From the NCBI RefSeq assembly GCF_009914755.1, contig NC_060929.1: 64,000 nt of DNA; one strand, written 5' to 3'. Of the stretch, positions 1 through 18,592 are shown one piece after another. The notes beneath the pieces were generated by a model. That model was given only the letters and a program-made list of their open reading frames with translations. It searched no databases and was not told the DNA's origin. A program made the position numbers and the translations under genes. The first letter of the stretch is position 1. The number at the start of each line of letters is the position of its first letter. This DNA is from the human T2T-CHM13v2.0 reference genome, Homo sapiens.

Positions 1-3239
<3,239 letters not shown>

Positions 3240-3706
3240 TCAAGCGTTACTGAAACCAATTAAAAAGGGAAAAAAGAAAGATGTCCTTGTGGAGACTGCC
3301 AAAGAATAAGGTCAGACTGAAACATGGACTTGAAATGCCCAAATACTCATCGACTCGGAATGAATGCAGACCCGACTCTAATCTATCAGATATCAAAAGT
3401 AAAGATTTGAATGGAGAAGAATAAGTTCTATGACAAAATCAAACAGAAGATAAGCTCAGAACCAATATGAACTAGGAATTGCATCTTGTGATGTATTTGT
3501 TTTTATTGAAAGAAAACATTGTTCACAAAAGAATAATTTTACCTAATGAGATGCTAATATCATGATGTTTCAGAAGACTTTGAGATAATGTAAGAATAAT
3601 TGAGTCACAAACCAGGACTTCCTGGGAATTTTGTGGGTTACAGTGTACAAGTCCCTGCTTTCTTCAGTTATAAAAAGAAGGATAATTAGTAGACAACTTC
3701 AGCCAT

Positions 3707-4132
3707 AGCTATGGTTAAATGTTTGTCCCCTCCAAACTGCATGTTGAAATTTGATTTCTGTTGCTGGAGGAGAGGAAGTATTCAGGTAATAGGGGTGGGT
3801 CTCTCATAGAATAGATTAATATCCTCAGAAGTGATTGAGTTTTCACTCTATTCATTCCCACAAGAGCTAATAGAGCCTCGATCCACCTTCTCTCTGTCTC
3901 TCTCTCTCTTTCTCTGACTCATTTGCTGTCTTTCTTGCCATGTGATCTCTGTATCTTCTGGCCTCCCTTCACCTTCCTCTATGAGTAAAAGCAGTCAGAG
4001 GCCCTCACCAAATGTATTTGGCCAAAGTTGAGCTTCTTGATCATCAGAACTGTGAGCCAACGAAACCTTTATTCTTTGTAAATTACCCAGTATCAGGTAT
4101 TCTTTTAGAGCAACCCAAAACTGACTAAGACA
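3707..4132 (+). mobile_element. Solo MaLR LTR (MST family)
   Basis: Starts (t)GCTATGG and ends GACTAAGACA, with the MST-type 3' end (GTAAATTACCCAG..CAGGTATTCTTT). 5-bp TSD GCCAT at 3702-3706 and 4133-4137. Confidence 0.88.
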
Positions 4133-4997
4133 GCCATAACAAAAAGGAACTCATTTCATTCTCTTTTTTTCCATGCAGAAAAATCAGCTCTAGTCAGTTT
4201 TGGAGGTATTAAACTGAGCTTCAGATAGATTTACTGCTCTCAAAATTTAAATCCCCAAAAGCTGCTTTGGCTGGATTACACCAGGATAGAAACCACCAAG
4301 CTGAAATTTGTGCTTTTCCTTTTCACATCTGGGAGAACCAAACTTCACTCTGAAGGAAGAGAAGGAAAAAAGAGGAGGAGGAGTAACAGAGAAGTAGCCG
4401 CAGCTTGAATGTGAATAAAGGACTTTTTTGTAGAAAAAATATATTGCTCTTTGATTTGCAAAGACAGCAGTTATTTGTAAGAGGCAAGAAATAAACATTT
4501 TAGGATTATCCCCTATTCGAAGTATTAAAGAGAAGCTTTTAAAAGAAAATTATAGCTTAAAAAGTAGAAAATGGGACAAGAATTAGAAAGTGGGAGAATA
4601 ATGGAAAAAAACAAGAAGATTAGAAGTTTGAGTAAGTATTTTCAATGCAAAAGGGAGAAAGAGAGCATTCTTTTAGCAACACCAAAAGAAATGATGAGGA
4701 TATTTTTATAGTATACTATATTACATGAGATTTAAATTGTTTTTCTGGATAATAAACTGGTATTTCTTTTGAAGTTAATATTGATCTGACACATTGAATA
4801 TGATAGTTTATCTTTATTTGAGTTACATTAAACCCATTCTATTCTTTCTTTCTTCCAGAAAATATGCATTGAAACTAGTCACTGAGCAACTTTTAGGGGA
4901 TATGAGGACAATTAATTCCTGCCCAAATACAGCTTATCATTTAATGTTACATTAACAAATTTGCTTTCAATTTTCATTCACAGACCGTGGAAACATG

Positions 4998-5181
4998 TAT
5001 ATCAGTCTGTTCTCACATTGCTATAAAGAACTGCCTACGACTGGGTAATTTATGAAGAAAAGAGGTTTAATTCACTCACAGTTCCACAGGTTGTACAGGA
5101 AGCATGGCTGGGAGGCTTCAGGAAATTTACAATTATGGTAGAAAACAATGGGGAAGGAGGCGTGTCTTACCAAGGCAGAGC

Positions 5182-5224
<43 letters not shown>

Positions 5225-5401
5225 GGGGAAAGTGCTACACTGTTTGAAATAACCAGAGCTCTTGAGAACCCTATCATGAGAACAGCAAGGGGTAGTCCAC
5301 CCTCATGATTCAATCACCTCCAGCCAAGCCCCTCCTTCAACACATGGGGATTACAATTTGACCTGAGATTTGGATTGGAGATACAGAGCCAAATCATAGC
5401 A
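4998..5401 (-). mobile_element. Solo MaLR LTR (MSTA/THE1-like) containing a (GA)n microsatellite
   Basis: GACTGGGTAATTTATGAAGAAAAGAGGTTTAATT motif and a GCCAAATCATAGCA end. Near-TSD ACATG/ACATA. Confidence 0.88.
5184..5219. repeat. (GA)n microsatellite
   Basis: Perfect GA run of about 17 units. Confidence 0.95.
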
Positions 5402-8400
5402 ACATAAATTGCCTGGTTAGTATGGCATAATGTTTCTCACTGTAAATTAATAAATTATAAACCAAATTCCCCTGCCATGAGACTTTATATAATTTTTCTC
5501 AGACCTTATCACCTGTGCAAGATTAATTACTAAGTTTGTCATGTAAAGGCCACATATGAAAGCATATAAAAACATAAAACTTCTTTATTATAGTAGTAAT
5601 AGTATACTATCATGTGTCATATGTTTACTATGAATCAGTAACTGCACCAAATTACCTTAATCAAACTATCTCATTTAGTAAAAATATAAACACAATGAAT
5701 CTATGAGGTAAATATTGTTATTGTACTCATTTCATACAAGAAGAAATTATTCTTGGGGATTATTTATTGTCTTTCTGCTACTCAGTAGCCTGTATAGCAT
5801 TCTTATCACCACTATGGTTCACTATATTTTGATGCACTGAATGGGGAATTAAATAACATTGTTGATGGACCTTCAAAATGGCAACTTAAATCACATTGTT
5901 GATAAAGCTGCAAAATCCTAGTAATTTTCTTATATCCACAAACAAGCAAAACCTGCTGCCAAATTTCACTCACATGAATTATTATTTAGGCATTCCACTA
6001 CCCATCACTGGCTAATAATCTTTAGGCCAGTCTTCTCATTTGTATCTGATATTTTTCCGTGAATATTTTTATTATATGTATTTGAATGTCTTATTATGCG
6101 ATATTTCAAACAAACATGAAAGTAGAGATAAAAATAAAATGAAAATTTTTTAATGTTCATATTGTACATGTACATATTACATTTTTGTTTTAATGGTTAT
6201 GTATTTATTCTATGTTTGAATGAAAATATAAAACTAGCACATTAAATTCATACTTTCATCAGTGTTATTATTTAGCTGGATAAAAAAATGTGACCCAATA
6301 TGAAGTTGAGCATCACATGGCCAAAGATTCTTATTTTTTCCACAGGCCTTACCCTATCCTCTTATCACTTTTGATTACTTTGGAGCAAAGTCTAGACATC
6401 CCATCATTTCACTGGTAAATATTTTTATGCATATCTGTAAAAAAATGATACTCAAAAATAACCACCAGACCATCGTCTCACCTACAAATGTACATTAATT
6501 TGTTCATATAATTAAATATCTAGTTACAGTTCATATTCCCCCAATTACTTTATACACTTAAAAATAATTCATTGTACGAATCAGATTAAATGAGATCCAA
6601 ATAAGGGTCTGGTTACAGCTGGTCAAAGGAAGAACCTAGAGCTGAACACAAGGATTTTGCCCCCATGGTACAGAGCTGTTTTCTACACCTTTTTGTGGGA
6701 TTAATAAATAAAAATCCCAGACTTGGAGGTAGATGCAGATGTCACAAAATGTCTAATCTTTTTATTTTTTAAAATTGCAATATTTTAAAAGATGTCAAAT
6801 GCTTAGAGAAATTTAAAGTGCTTTGTTCAGAAAGGTGACAACTGTCATAGTTACGTAAGATGAGGCTTCTGAAAGAAAGGTATTTAAGTTGAAAGGACTT
6901 AATAGATGATGGAGGTGGAGGGGTGAAAGAAAATTTTAGAAATTATTTTATTGTTTGAAACTATAGACGTTTCTCCATTTTGTGTTCCTAACAACAAACA
7001 ATCATGGCTTTCATTGGGTGAATGCAAGACCATTGTTTTATGCCCCCATTTTACATTCAGACAACATCAACATGTGGAAAATTGCAGAGTTGTCATAAGG
7101 TTCACCTCTCAAATTTTTCAGCCCAGAATGAATATCAGTTCTGTTACATTACTTTGGACAAATTGCTTAAGTTTTTTAAGTCCTGGATTCCTTGTTATAT
7201 GCCTATATCATAGCACTATTTGGGGTATAGGGCATGATATAGAGTAAATATTCACTTAAATGTTGACTATATTTACTAGTTGCTTTGGGTCTCCTATTTA
7301 AATGGAAATGTGCTTTAAATCATGAAGATGTGTTCTTTAGTTTCAATTTGTGCTGTTAAATAGAATAATCATACCTGACTATTCCATAAGATTGAGGTAA
7401 GGAATATATATATATATATAAAAAAAATTTAGGAATATAATATATACTTATGTGTAGATATACACACATGTACATAATAAATTTTAATTTATATATTGTC
7501 TTATTTAGTTCTCTAATTATGTGCTTTGTATGAATTTTGCCTTCTGAACTTCTTTGAGGAATAAATTAGTCTCATGTTCTTCTTGGAGGCCCCTGATAGA
7601 TGTACCACAGTGGCAGCATATAGAAGATAGCCAATCAACCTTTCTTGATTTTAGCAGCTAGGAGTGGTTTATCCTTCTAAATTTGCATGTCATTTTTGTA
7701 CATGTTTTTATGTACTTAATGAAAAATTACTTGTGTTGTAATTATGTGCGCTTGTTTTATTTTACCCTAAACACCATGTGTTTCCCAAACTAATTCATAT
7801 ATGTAAATATTCAGTAAAGTAGCAAGTATAAAGTTCACACTATGGAAGGGTTTTCTGCTGTAACAACTGCTGTAACTTTGTTATTATAATTAGTTATTCT
7901 TTACCAGGTGGAGACCATGTGTACTGCTCAGTACCTAGCCAAGTGCCTAACTGTAAATTAAAATTATTAAAAATTGGGAATTCTGGATTCAAAAAATAAC
8001 AAAATCACTTGGACCAGTTTCTTAAGTGTGCTCTTTATTACTTAGAATTTTATGGAATTTAGTAGATTTCTGTGGGAACTTAAATACAGTGGACATAAGA
8101 GGAGCAAGGCAGTGACAAGGTTAAGAAATCACCTCAGTTGGAAAATCACATAACATTAACTTCATGCATAATCATATGTGAGCAATGAATAGTATTGCAA
8201 CCAATTTCAATTTATAGAATCAAAATCATGACTGGAGGTCAGCTGTCTAATCCTTGAGAATAGCAGCTTTAAAATGAGAGATGTCTGGGTAATAAAATGC
8301 CCATTATCTGCTTCTATCCATAGGTAACCTGCTTTTACCCTTCGACCCACGAATCTGCCATGCTGAAATATCTGTGAGAGTGAACGCTTCTGAAAATGAC

Positions 8401-9524
8401 AAATTAGTGCCAGTGAATCAGCACATCCAGCAGTGAGATGTCACTTCTGTATGTCCTGCATTCAAAGGCTATGTTCCCAGAAATGGTAATCAGCAGAGTG
8501 AAGGACGTAAAGTTTTCTCATTCAGTAACTATTAAGCAAGGGATAGAAATAGAATGAAAAGGGAGAACCATGCTTTAAATACTGTAAGTCTCAAGGAACT
8601 TTTATGAAAATCCAATTTTTAAAAACACATCAAATTTTATAATATACTGTAAGCTTTGTCTAGAAGGATGTGTAACTTCTGTCTCATTCCTCTAGAATGT
8701 GAGAATAACATTCTTTATTATCAACAAATTATCTTAATTCTTTCCCAAAACGATTACCATTTTTATAAGATGGCTCTTAGAACTATATTCATAGCTATCC
8801 TAAATGTCCTGATATTTATCTAATATTATTAATAAATATTGATAGAGCTCTGATTTTGTCCTGAACTCCTCACTGATTACTGACTGTATAGAATACAATG
8901 GTGAATTAGACCAGTTACGTTCTGTCTGAAAAGTAGTAAAGTATCAAATTAAAACTAAATTCATAATGAGACAGGGATGCAAGTGATTTGGTCTTCAGTG
9001 ATTTAAGTATCGTAAGTATTCCAAACCTCTTCTCTCTCAGTCTAATGCAGGCTGCATGGCAGATTAAATTCCCCCAACTCAATGACATATCTGCACTTGG
9101 CTTCGTACTGTATTGTGTAGGACCAAATAAAAGTTAAACCCCTTAAAAAAAAAAAAATCCTATGGCAAACTTTTCAGGCAATGATATTCTAAAACTTGTG
9201 AACACCTGAAAACTAGAACTTTTTTTTTATTTTGTTTTGTAATCTGGTATCATATTAAGTTTGAAGTAATATCTAAAATTTATCAGGCATAAAATGAAAT
9301 AAAATCAAATATGTTACAAATCCATTTAAGTTTTTCAACTTATGTACTTATTTAACTTGATTATTATTTTACATCTAGAAAAACCTTCACCTTATGATTT
9401 TTAGGATATTTTAGGCAAAAAATGTTTTTTCAACAAATAATTTATGGATCCTCTATCAAGTGTTGGACAGGATCTGCCCTCCTACAGTTATAATGGAATT
9501 ATAAAAGATAAATCAATGGCAGTC

Positions 9525-9655
9525 TATATGATCACACATTGTGGTTTGCCCCATCCAGCCAGTTTATGCCAATAGTCCTGGAGTATTTATTAATATCATC
9601 CTATTTCATTGTCAAAAGTGTCCTAGTTTGGAAGGTCAATAATTTGGTGACTGTA
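9525..9655. mobile_element. Degenerate short hAT element (MER81/MER94-like)
   Basis: Ends resemble hAT-Blackjack termini (...AAAAGTGTCCTAGTTTGG...GGTGACTGTA); heavily diverged. Confidence 0.45.
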
Positions 9656-9913
9656 GATATTAGAAGAGGTATGGGAATTAAGTCAGGTAGATTTAAGATT
9701 AAATTCTGGCTTTGACTCTTACCTGTTTCATGGCATCAGTCTCATTTTCTTCATCTGGTAAACAAGGATATTACCAAGATTCTACCAAGATTCTTATTAT
9801 AAGGATAAAATGAGGGTTTATAAAACACATTGTTCCCCCTTCCCCTGGCTGCTTGGAACTACCTGTAGACACATTGTATGCACTCAAAGCATACTTTCTG
9901 TAACACAGAAATG

Positions 9914-10856
9914 CAGGGCCCATTTGTGGGACACAATGACACATTAAAATTTTGGGTCTTCTGTTCAAAAAACATGAGAAATACTATTAAAGTATGAAAT
10001 ATAAAGTTTTTATTTCTTCCACAGACTTTCTCTCAACTTGCCATGGTGTATTTTGCTGTTTTATGTTATTATAAGTAAAGAAAAATTAAAAACAAAATTA
10101 TTAATGTGGACTTTACCATTCATCTTCATACTGTGCAACACCAGTTTAACTGCAAAGATAAGAACCTTTAACTTATGTGTAGAATTACCAAAATCACACA
10201 ATTTGTATTTCTTAGTTTGTGCTTGCTTATGTACTTCATTCTAAACAAAACGGCAGAAATAGTTGCACAGAACTAAACTAGTTTTATTCTACTTGATACA
10301 CACTCATTCTATCAATGAGTAAGAAATAACTGAAAGGAAAAGAAACTATGTGTTACGCTGTCTTTCCCATTCCTTCCATGTCATTTTCAACGTAAGTAAT
10401 TGGCAAATATAAGGAAGTAAGACAAGAAAAGGAATATGATAGTGTCATTTGGTTTTCTTTCTGCATTCAAAGGAAGTTCTGGTTCAAAAGACAGAAAGGA
10501 TGATCTCTTGTTAGTGCCCCCATGTACTCAGTGAAAATGCAACACGCTTACTTCATACTCTGAACTTCACTGAGCTCCCAGAAGTAGGTGTTCCCTACAA
10601 GGCTGTGCTTATATGCCTCGCAAATGCTCTGTACAAATGACATATCAAGAACTGCTCCAGACATGCACAATATTTGTATCTCTTCTGCTCATCTGCATAT
10701 TTCTTTGTCCCATTGAATTTCACTTACAAAACACAAGTTTAAAAAGTATATTATCAAAAATTTCAAAACAGTATCAACATTAAACCAGCACAAAGCCATT
10801 CTAAATGACAGGCCCTGTCCGACATCACAGGTCACAAGCCCATGAAGCTGGCCTTG
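9914..10856 (-). mobile_element. hAT-Tip100 DNA transposon (MER45-like)
   Basis: Termini CAGGGCC... and ...CATGAAGCTGGCCTTG. The reverse complement of the right end matches the recalled MER45 start CAGGGCCGGCTTCATGGG. Confidence 0.65.
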
Positions 10857-12528
10857 TGGAAGTATATTACATGTAAAGAAGCTCTTCTGAGGCTACCAAG
10901 AGAACCATGGCAATAAACATAAGGCCGTTAAGGAAAGGCAGAAACTTTGAACAGAAGTAGACAAGGTCACAAGAGGAATGTCAGAATGTGTATCATAAAA
11001 TTGACTCTAACCTGAAGTCCCTAATTACACCCTCAATCATTTTCTCTTTGTAAGTAAACACTCTTCTACTCTTGTATGTATGTTATTACTCTTAACTTCA
11101 TTCTCACCCACAAGTGAGTTTTACTGATTATCCTGTCTTTCCCTTAATTGGCTTAGGCAAGACAATTGCTATTTTCACATTGTTACTTAGAATTCTCATA
11201 CTCACAGAGGTCAATGGAACAGCCAAGTTAATTTAGTCTTTTGAATAGGTAGAAGACAAAAAGTTTGCTTTCCTGAGATACAGTTCAATGTTCTGTCATA
11301 TTAAGATTCCTGCATTGACACTGCACACATATTATGTTTGTGAACCTTATCACATATTTAGATGTATCTGTTCCTGAAATAAGAAAATAGTATTGACACT
11401 ACTGAATCTCTGGTTCCCCACTTAGGCAACTGAGCATGAGAGAATTATTTCATGTGTTCTTTAAACCAATAAATAGAACATTTCTTGTAATGAGAAAATT
11501 AAATGAAACCTAAATATTGCAGTTATTTAGCTTTACTGGAGTTATCCATTTTTTGCATGCCTGTTATGACTGAGGTTGCATATATTTCTTAAGAAAATGA
11601 GACCAGAATCACTATTAGTCAATTGAAAGAGAAAAAAAATTTTCCAATTTATAAAAACTATTAGCATTTAATTTAGTTTACTACAAGGAATAAGAGAGCC
11701 TTATGATTTAATGGCATGAACAAAACGTATTCTAAGTAAATGTTTACAAACACCCCAAAATATTTTAAGGAAATCTAAAATTCAAAAACTTCTGAAGATC
11801 AAAATATGCTTTGAAATAAAGATTTTTAGTATAAATTAAATATTAAAACTGTCAAGCCATTAAAAACAAATAATAATGAACATGATTTGAGGCATACATT
11901 GTTTGTATGTATGTTGTATGTGGGTTTGTATTGTAAATGTGAAATAATAAATCTATATGTAGCTCTGTCTGCTTCAATGCCTCCATCTACAACTTTACCC
12001 CATTTGAAATAAATTGCACCTTAAATTTGAAGGCAATTTTCGGTAGTTTGGTGTGCAGTACAGATTTCATCTTTGATATTTAGTAAGCCTGAGATCTTTC
12101 TAACTTGTGAAGACTGCATGTCTGCAAACTAGGATGTCTGTGTTTGTGTTTATTACCTTTTTCATGCATGCCTTGAAATGACTAAATTACAGGTATTTTA
12201 CATGTGTTTTGTGGTACAAAACAGATATAGTCCACTGGTATAATTTATCTTGAAACACCCTGTTTTACAAAATTACAGAAAAGCACTGCAATTTGCTCAA
12301 TTTTTTATTTCTAAGACTATGGTAAAATCTTCAAAGCCCAGAAGATGCCTTCAGGATAAGAATTTAGCCATGCAATAAACAATTTTCATCAAAGCTTAGG
12401 TTTGGAGAAATACAGTACAATTGTGGATTTAAAATCTTGATAATGTTTCTTACTTATTAGCTATTTTGTCTTTTGTATTTTGGCCTAATTCAGCCACCAA
12501 AGGCATCAACCCTTATATAAGATTAGGT

Positions 12529-12596
12529 ACACACACATGCACACACACACACACACAGAAAGAGAGAGAGAGTGTCAGAGAGAGAGGAGAGAAAGA
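12529..12596. repeat. Compound (CA)n/(GA)n microsatellite
   Basis: CA run followed by an imperfect GA run. Confidence 0.9.
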
Positions 12597-14694
12597 GCAG
12601 TCCAAATTAGATTATCTACAATCAACGTAATTGTGAAGAACAAAATTGTTCATCTGTGCTGTGCAGCTGCCTTTTGGATTTTGTGCTTGATCCCAAGTGA
12701 CCGAAGAATTTACAACTATACAAATGTTCTTTAATCCACTGGAACTTTTTTATTTTAAAACTCACTTTTAAAAAACTCATTTTGACTTCTTCATTCTTCC
12801 CAGTAGAATAATACATGAGCCAAAATCTCAATAGAAAACTTGTAAACCCTGTGGCACTTAAATGAAATGCAAGCTAATTTGACGCTGAGAATAATTTGTA
12901 CTAGTTTTCAGTAAATATTTTAAATATCTTATGCCTCTAGTTCAGTTTTAAATGTTCTGTTTTCTTAACACTTAGTTAAGAATCTCTGTATATTATAAAA
13001 AATCTTATATTTATGTGTGGTTGAATTAGATTTCTTATGAATTTTTGATATATAATTTGATAGTTTGTTAGCAGAGTTGTTACTATCGATCATAAAATAT
13101 GACTCTGAGTTCTGTATTTGTTAGTGTGATTGTGTCTGTAAAAATTAATAATCCTTTTTTTTTAATGTTAAGTCTGCCTAGTTAATATTCTGGATAATCT
13201 ATCAGAGTCTATCTATATCTTATATTGGTGAGACTCAATTACTTAAGAGTAAATTCTGCTTCTTAATGCATTATTTCAAATAATTATTGATGCAAAATGC
13301 TGCCATTGCCAAAAAGATCTTTCAATCGTTATTCTTCAGAATAACAACTACTTGAGACATAGCTTAATCTGCAAGCATTTTAAAAGGGCAGTTTATAGAT
13401 GTTTTCTACTTTACTTTGATATTTTTCTTCCAGTGGGGAAAAAAAATATCTTTTACATACACACACAAACACACAGACACACACACATACACTACAAAGT
13501 AAGCCTTGAGAAACACTATTTCAGAACAGATGACTTTAAGTAAGGTAAAACATTCAAACTTGCAATATGGACACAGTCTCAATATGAGGAGCAATTTAGT
13601 GTAAATGGAACATTGAAAAATTAATCTTAGGAAAGCAAAACTTTTGTCTCATACCTATTCAAGTCACTAAAGTAACTTGGCCTCTGTAGGTATGAAATTC
13701 TGTATATAAGTGAAATAATCATACTTGTCTCATCTAATGTCAATTAAGGGAGAGAAAAGATAATCAGTAAAACTCTCTTTCTCAATATAAACATTTCTTT
13801 TACTAAGTAATCTTTTTAAAACTATATGCAAATATAAAAACAGCAGGATTTTATTAGGATCAGTCAAATATTATTATCAGAAAACTATTACAAACAGTTT
13901 AATCAATAAAAATGTTAAAAAGTAAAGAATCACAAAAGAATAAAATATACTCAATAATTTCTTTTCTTAAGAATCTAGTAAAGTAGTAAAAGATGAAAAC
14001 ACAAAAAAATTAATAACAAATATTTGATGAGTGATTTGAATACAAGGAATGATATAGAAAATGGGAAAGAAATCCGTAAGTGAGAGGTTGACTGTTAAGT
14101 CCTCATGGCAATGGTGACGAAGGAGCTGGAGCTTTGAAACAGAGAAGGATTTGAATGAGTTAAATGAACTATAATTATTCTTTCTGGTTTCCTGTTATGT
14201 GAAATTGAGATCTTCATACATTAATATTCTCATTTACCTTCACTTACAGAATTGTAAACCTAGTAGACCAAGGATATGGCCTTTGGCCACAGAGTTTGAA
14301 TCTTTTTTTTTTTCTCACTATTATTGGGTCCATGACACTGGGCTACTTACTCAACCTCTCTGTCTTTAAAATAATTATAATATTATCAAGTTGTGTAATT
14401 GGGTAATTAATGACACTTATACATAACCAATATTGAAGGCTAAATAAATTACAATCATTGTACTAAGTATACTTGTAATGCAATATCCCATTTTTCTCTC
14501 ACAAAAGTATATTCAAACAGTATGTGCTATTATCCTTATTTTTCCATAGCAAACCCAAAATTCAAAGAAGTTAAATATTGCCCAGTATCATACAGATCTG
14601 GGTTTTGAACCTAAGCACTTTGATACCAGAGGCGACCTAATCAACCATTACATCATTCTCAAATACTGAGATACGTTTTAAACTGTGGTGCCTA

Positions 14695-15330
14695 TGGAAA
14701 ACAAGTATTGGCAAAGATATGGATAAATTGGAACACTTATGCATTGTTTGTAGGAATATAAGATATTCCTACAGTGCAGCATCTATGGAAAACTGTATGG
14801 TAATTCATCAAAATATGAAAAAATAGAATTACCATATGATACAGCAATTCCACTTCTGGGTACACACCCAAAAAATTGAACACAGAGACTTGAAGAGACA
14901 CTTGTACACCCATGTCCACAGCAGCATCATTCACAATAGCCAAAGCCCAAGTATCCATCACTGGAAGAATGGATAAACAAATGGTGCTTTATACACACAA
15001 TGAAATATTATTCAGCCATATAAAGGGAGGATATTCTGACACATGGGTGTCATATATGTCCTTCCGGACATTATGCTAGGTGAAATAAGTCAGTCACAAA
15101 AGAACAAATACTGTATGGTTCTATTTATGTAAGATGTCTAGAATAGTCATAAAGGCAGAAAAATGAATGGTGATTGCTAAGGGGCTGGGGAAAGGAGAAA
15201 GGGCAGGTGTTATTTAACAGGTAAACAGTTCAAGTTTTACAAGATAAAAAGAGCATCCTATGGCTGGATGGTGGTGATGGTGGCACAAAAGTGTGAATGT
15301 AATGTCGCCAAACAGTCATGTAATTTTTTA
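14695..15330 (+). mobile_element. Old LINE-1 3' end (L1MB-like)
   Basis: AATAGAATTACCATATGATACAGCAATTCCACTTCTGGG and GACATTATGCTAGGTGAAATAAGTCAG motifs. Confidence 0.85.
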
Positions 15331-18076
15331 CAACATAAAACCTACCTTAACTGAAACTTTAATAAAATATTATGGGATGTTTTTCTGTGTATGTGATTGG
15401 AGGATGTCCAGGAAGAGAGTTGTCACTCTTTTTCAAAAAGGGGGAAAAAAGAGGCCACTGATAATATTAATTAGATTTTGCTAATCACAACTTTTGAATA
15501 ACTTGAACTTTTCGTTTTTATAATAAATTGGATAAGAAAGAAGCCAAAATTCCCCTTAAATTGCAATTTTGGTCACTGTTATAAAAAATAGACTGGGTCA
15601 TGGCTCAAGGCTGATATCTTTTAATTACCTAATCATGAATTGGGAACACTAGTCCATGCTGTTGCATAAATGAAGTATGGGCTGAAAGGCAGGTCACAGA
15701 AACTCAGTCTAAATACTCTATAATACACACTTTAATTGGTGAGCTATCTTTTTCTTTCAAGTTGTAATTCCCCAATTTTGGACATCACAGTAAATCTGAC
15801 ACAAAAGATAGCATCTTAACATAGTATTACTTAACAAAGATGGCTGTCATTTCTGTCACATGAAAACCCTATCAGGAACCACACTTCCACTTTTCTGTTG
15901 CCATAGATACCACTTTTCCTCTGTGATCAAAAGTGGAAAACGCAGCTCGGTGTCATGATTCAAATATAAAGAATCGAAACCACTTCAGCAATGTACACAA
16001 AGACTCAGAAGCAAGTCACTTCTCATTGGGATTTCAGTTACACAAAGTGAAATTCTAGAAAATAAATAGTTGCTTGGGCAGTGGAGAAGTTGAAAAACAG
16101 TATCTTAATGATGCAAAAGTGAATTGCCCCATAAAAAGAAATATGTATTTAAATCAATGCATTGATTCTAGATTCATTAATGGATTTTTTTCATCCATTA
16201 ATAAAAGACAGTATTTGGGAACTCATATTCAACTTGTAAGCTTAAGCCAGAAAAAAAAAATATTTTCTTAGTATAGTTTACACAATAATAAAATAGAAAG
16301 TGCAAACCTGGCAGTGTTATTGTGGTTGCTTTATCCTGAATTGTACTTAATCTTAACCTGAAGAATGGTAGTCAGAGATTATTTTTGAATTTAAGGACAC
16401 AATAATAAATGGTGCGTATTTGGAAACCTGGGAAATTTGAAGGGCAAAATTATCCAAATTAAAATTAAAGCCTTGATGGGAATAATTACATGGCTGAAAA
16501 TCAACTGTACTGAAGTAAGGAGCAATGTTTAAGAAAAGAGTCACCCTCACAGGCTACTCTAGTAACTTAGACACTGCGGAGTATTGCCAAGCCTGTGATG
16601 AGAAATTGTTTAACTTTCTATGGTCTTTTGAAATGTCCTCTGGATATGGCAACGGACTGGGGATCTGATACTCCATGCTCGAATGCTTTTGAAATGATAG
16701 AGATTAAAAATGCATATACCCCTTTTTCCCTGCTTGGCCTTATCTGTGTAATATTACAGTAAATTCAAGTTGAATAATCCTGGTCTAAGTAAAAAGGCTG
16801 ATAAACATAATAAGCCACTGAAATAATTATAAACATAATGACTTTATCAGAAAATTGTTCATTTTTTATACAAAAAGGCAAGTGGGACAGATTGTCAAGT
16901 TGTTACACTTATTAATGCAATGAGCATTATTTTGTATTGAGTAACATTTTCAAGTTAAAAATTCCTTCATAAGTTATTACCTATAAATACTGATAAGGAT
17001 TGCCTCCTAAAATAACAGGTATGGCAGTTTAGTCTATAGGCTTAGAGTTAGGTAGAACTTGCCCAGTCACTCACTGGCACGGGACATTGAATAAAGTTAA
17101 CATCTATAATTCCCAACTTGCTCATCTATGCAATGGTGATAATAATAATATTCACCTGGTGGGGATATTATGTAATTTAAAAAGATAATATACAGGACTT
17201 ATCAAGGTGGCAAACGCATACAAAATGCTTATAGAAAGCATAAAGAATAAAAAGAATATTCAGTGACATTAAAAATAGCTGTATAGAGAGGTAAGACATA
17301 ACATATTGTATGATGGGAAGCATAGATTTTGTAAGGAAGGTTATTTTTTCCCAAATTATATTTTGGTTTTAACAAAATTCCAAGCAAAATACTAATGGGA
17401 TTTATTTGGGAACTGACAGGTAATTTGGAAGAATATGTGGGATTCAATAACTAAAAAATAATTTTAGAAATAATGTAATAATTCTTCAGTTTTTAAGATT
17501 TACTAACAAAGAGCTAAACAGTATAGTCATGTTGCAAGAGTTACTAGGAGGCTCAATAGATTGATTAATCAGAAATAGGCTTCAGCACACATAACATTTG
17601 GCTATGATAAAAGTATGATATAACAAATCAGTGGAGAAATAAATGCTTACTCTCTAAATGATTTTAGAAGTATTAGGTTAACTTCTCAGGAACAAAAAAC
17701 CAGACTTTATTAAAATTTTAGAAATAATGCACTTATATGTTAAAACATCAGATATAAAAATTAAGTTCATTCAAAACATGAGAAGAAATAGTGGATGAAT
17801 ATCAATATATTTAGGAATGGAAGATGAATCTCTAGGTGCATGGAATCATTGTAGAATTCCTAAAGGGAAAGGTGTCTAGATGTAAATAAATATTTTAAAC
17901 ATATCAATAATTTTATAACCGAATGTATAAAACAAATGATAAAATAAAATACATTGTTTAAAACAAACACTACTACACAAAGATCACTTTCAAGTCAGGT
18001 AGACAAGTCATTAGCTATGCAATAGGAAAAATGGCCAAAATTCTTTAAGGACTTTATAGATAAAGAAACATAAATG

Positions 18077-18405
<329 letters not shown>

Positions 18406-18592
18406 TCAGCACATAAAGATTTTATAACACCAATAATTAACTAATGCACAATTTTAAAAGATACTATAAAATCGGGAAGTATAAAAAAATTCTGAATACA
18501 GATATTGGTATAGTAGGACAGGGAGTCTCAGAAGGTACTTATAGAAGTATAAATTGGTATGGCCTTTTGGGAAAACAATTTGGAAAAAAAAA

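Noticed and set aside
16540-16690. Possible small minus-strand ORF/exon (MEYQIPSPLPYPED...)
   Set aside because: About 40 aa, no recognisable homology and poor splice signals.
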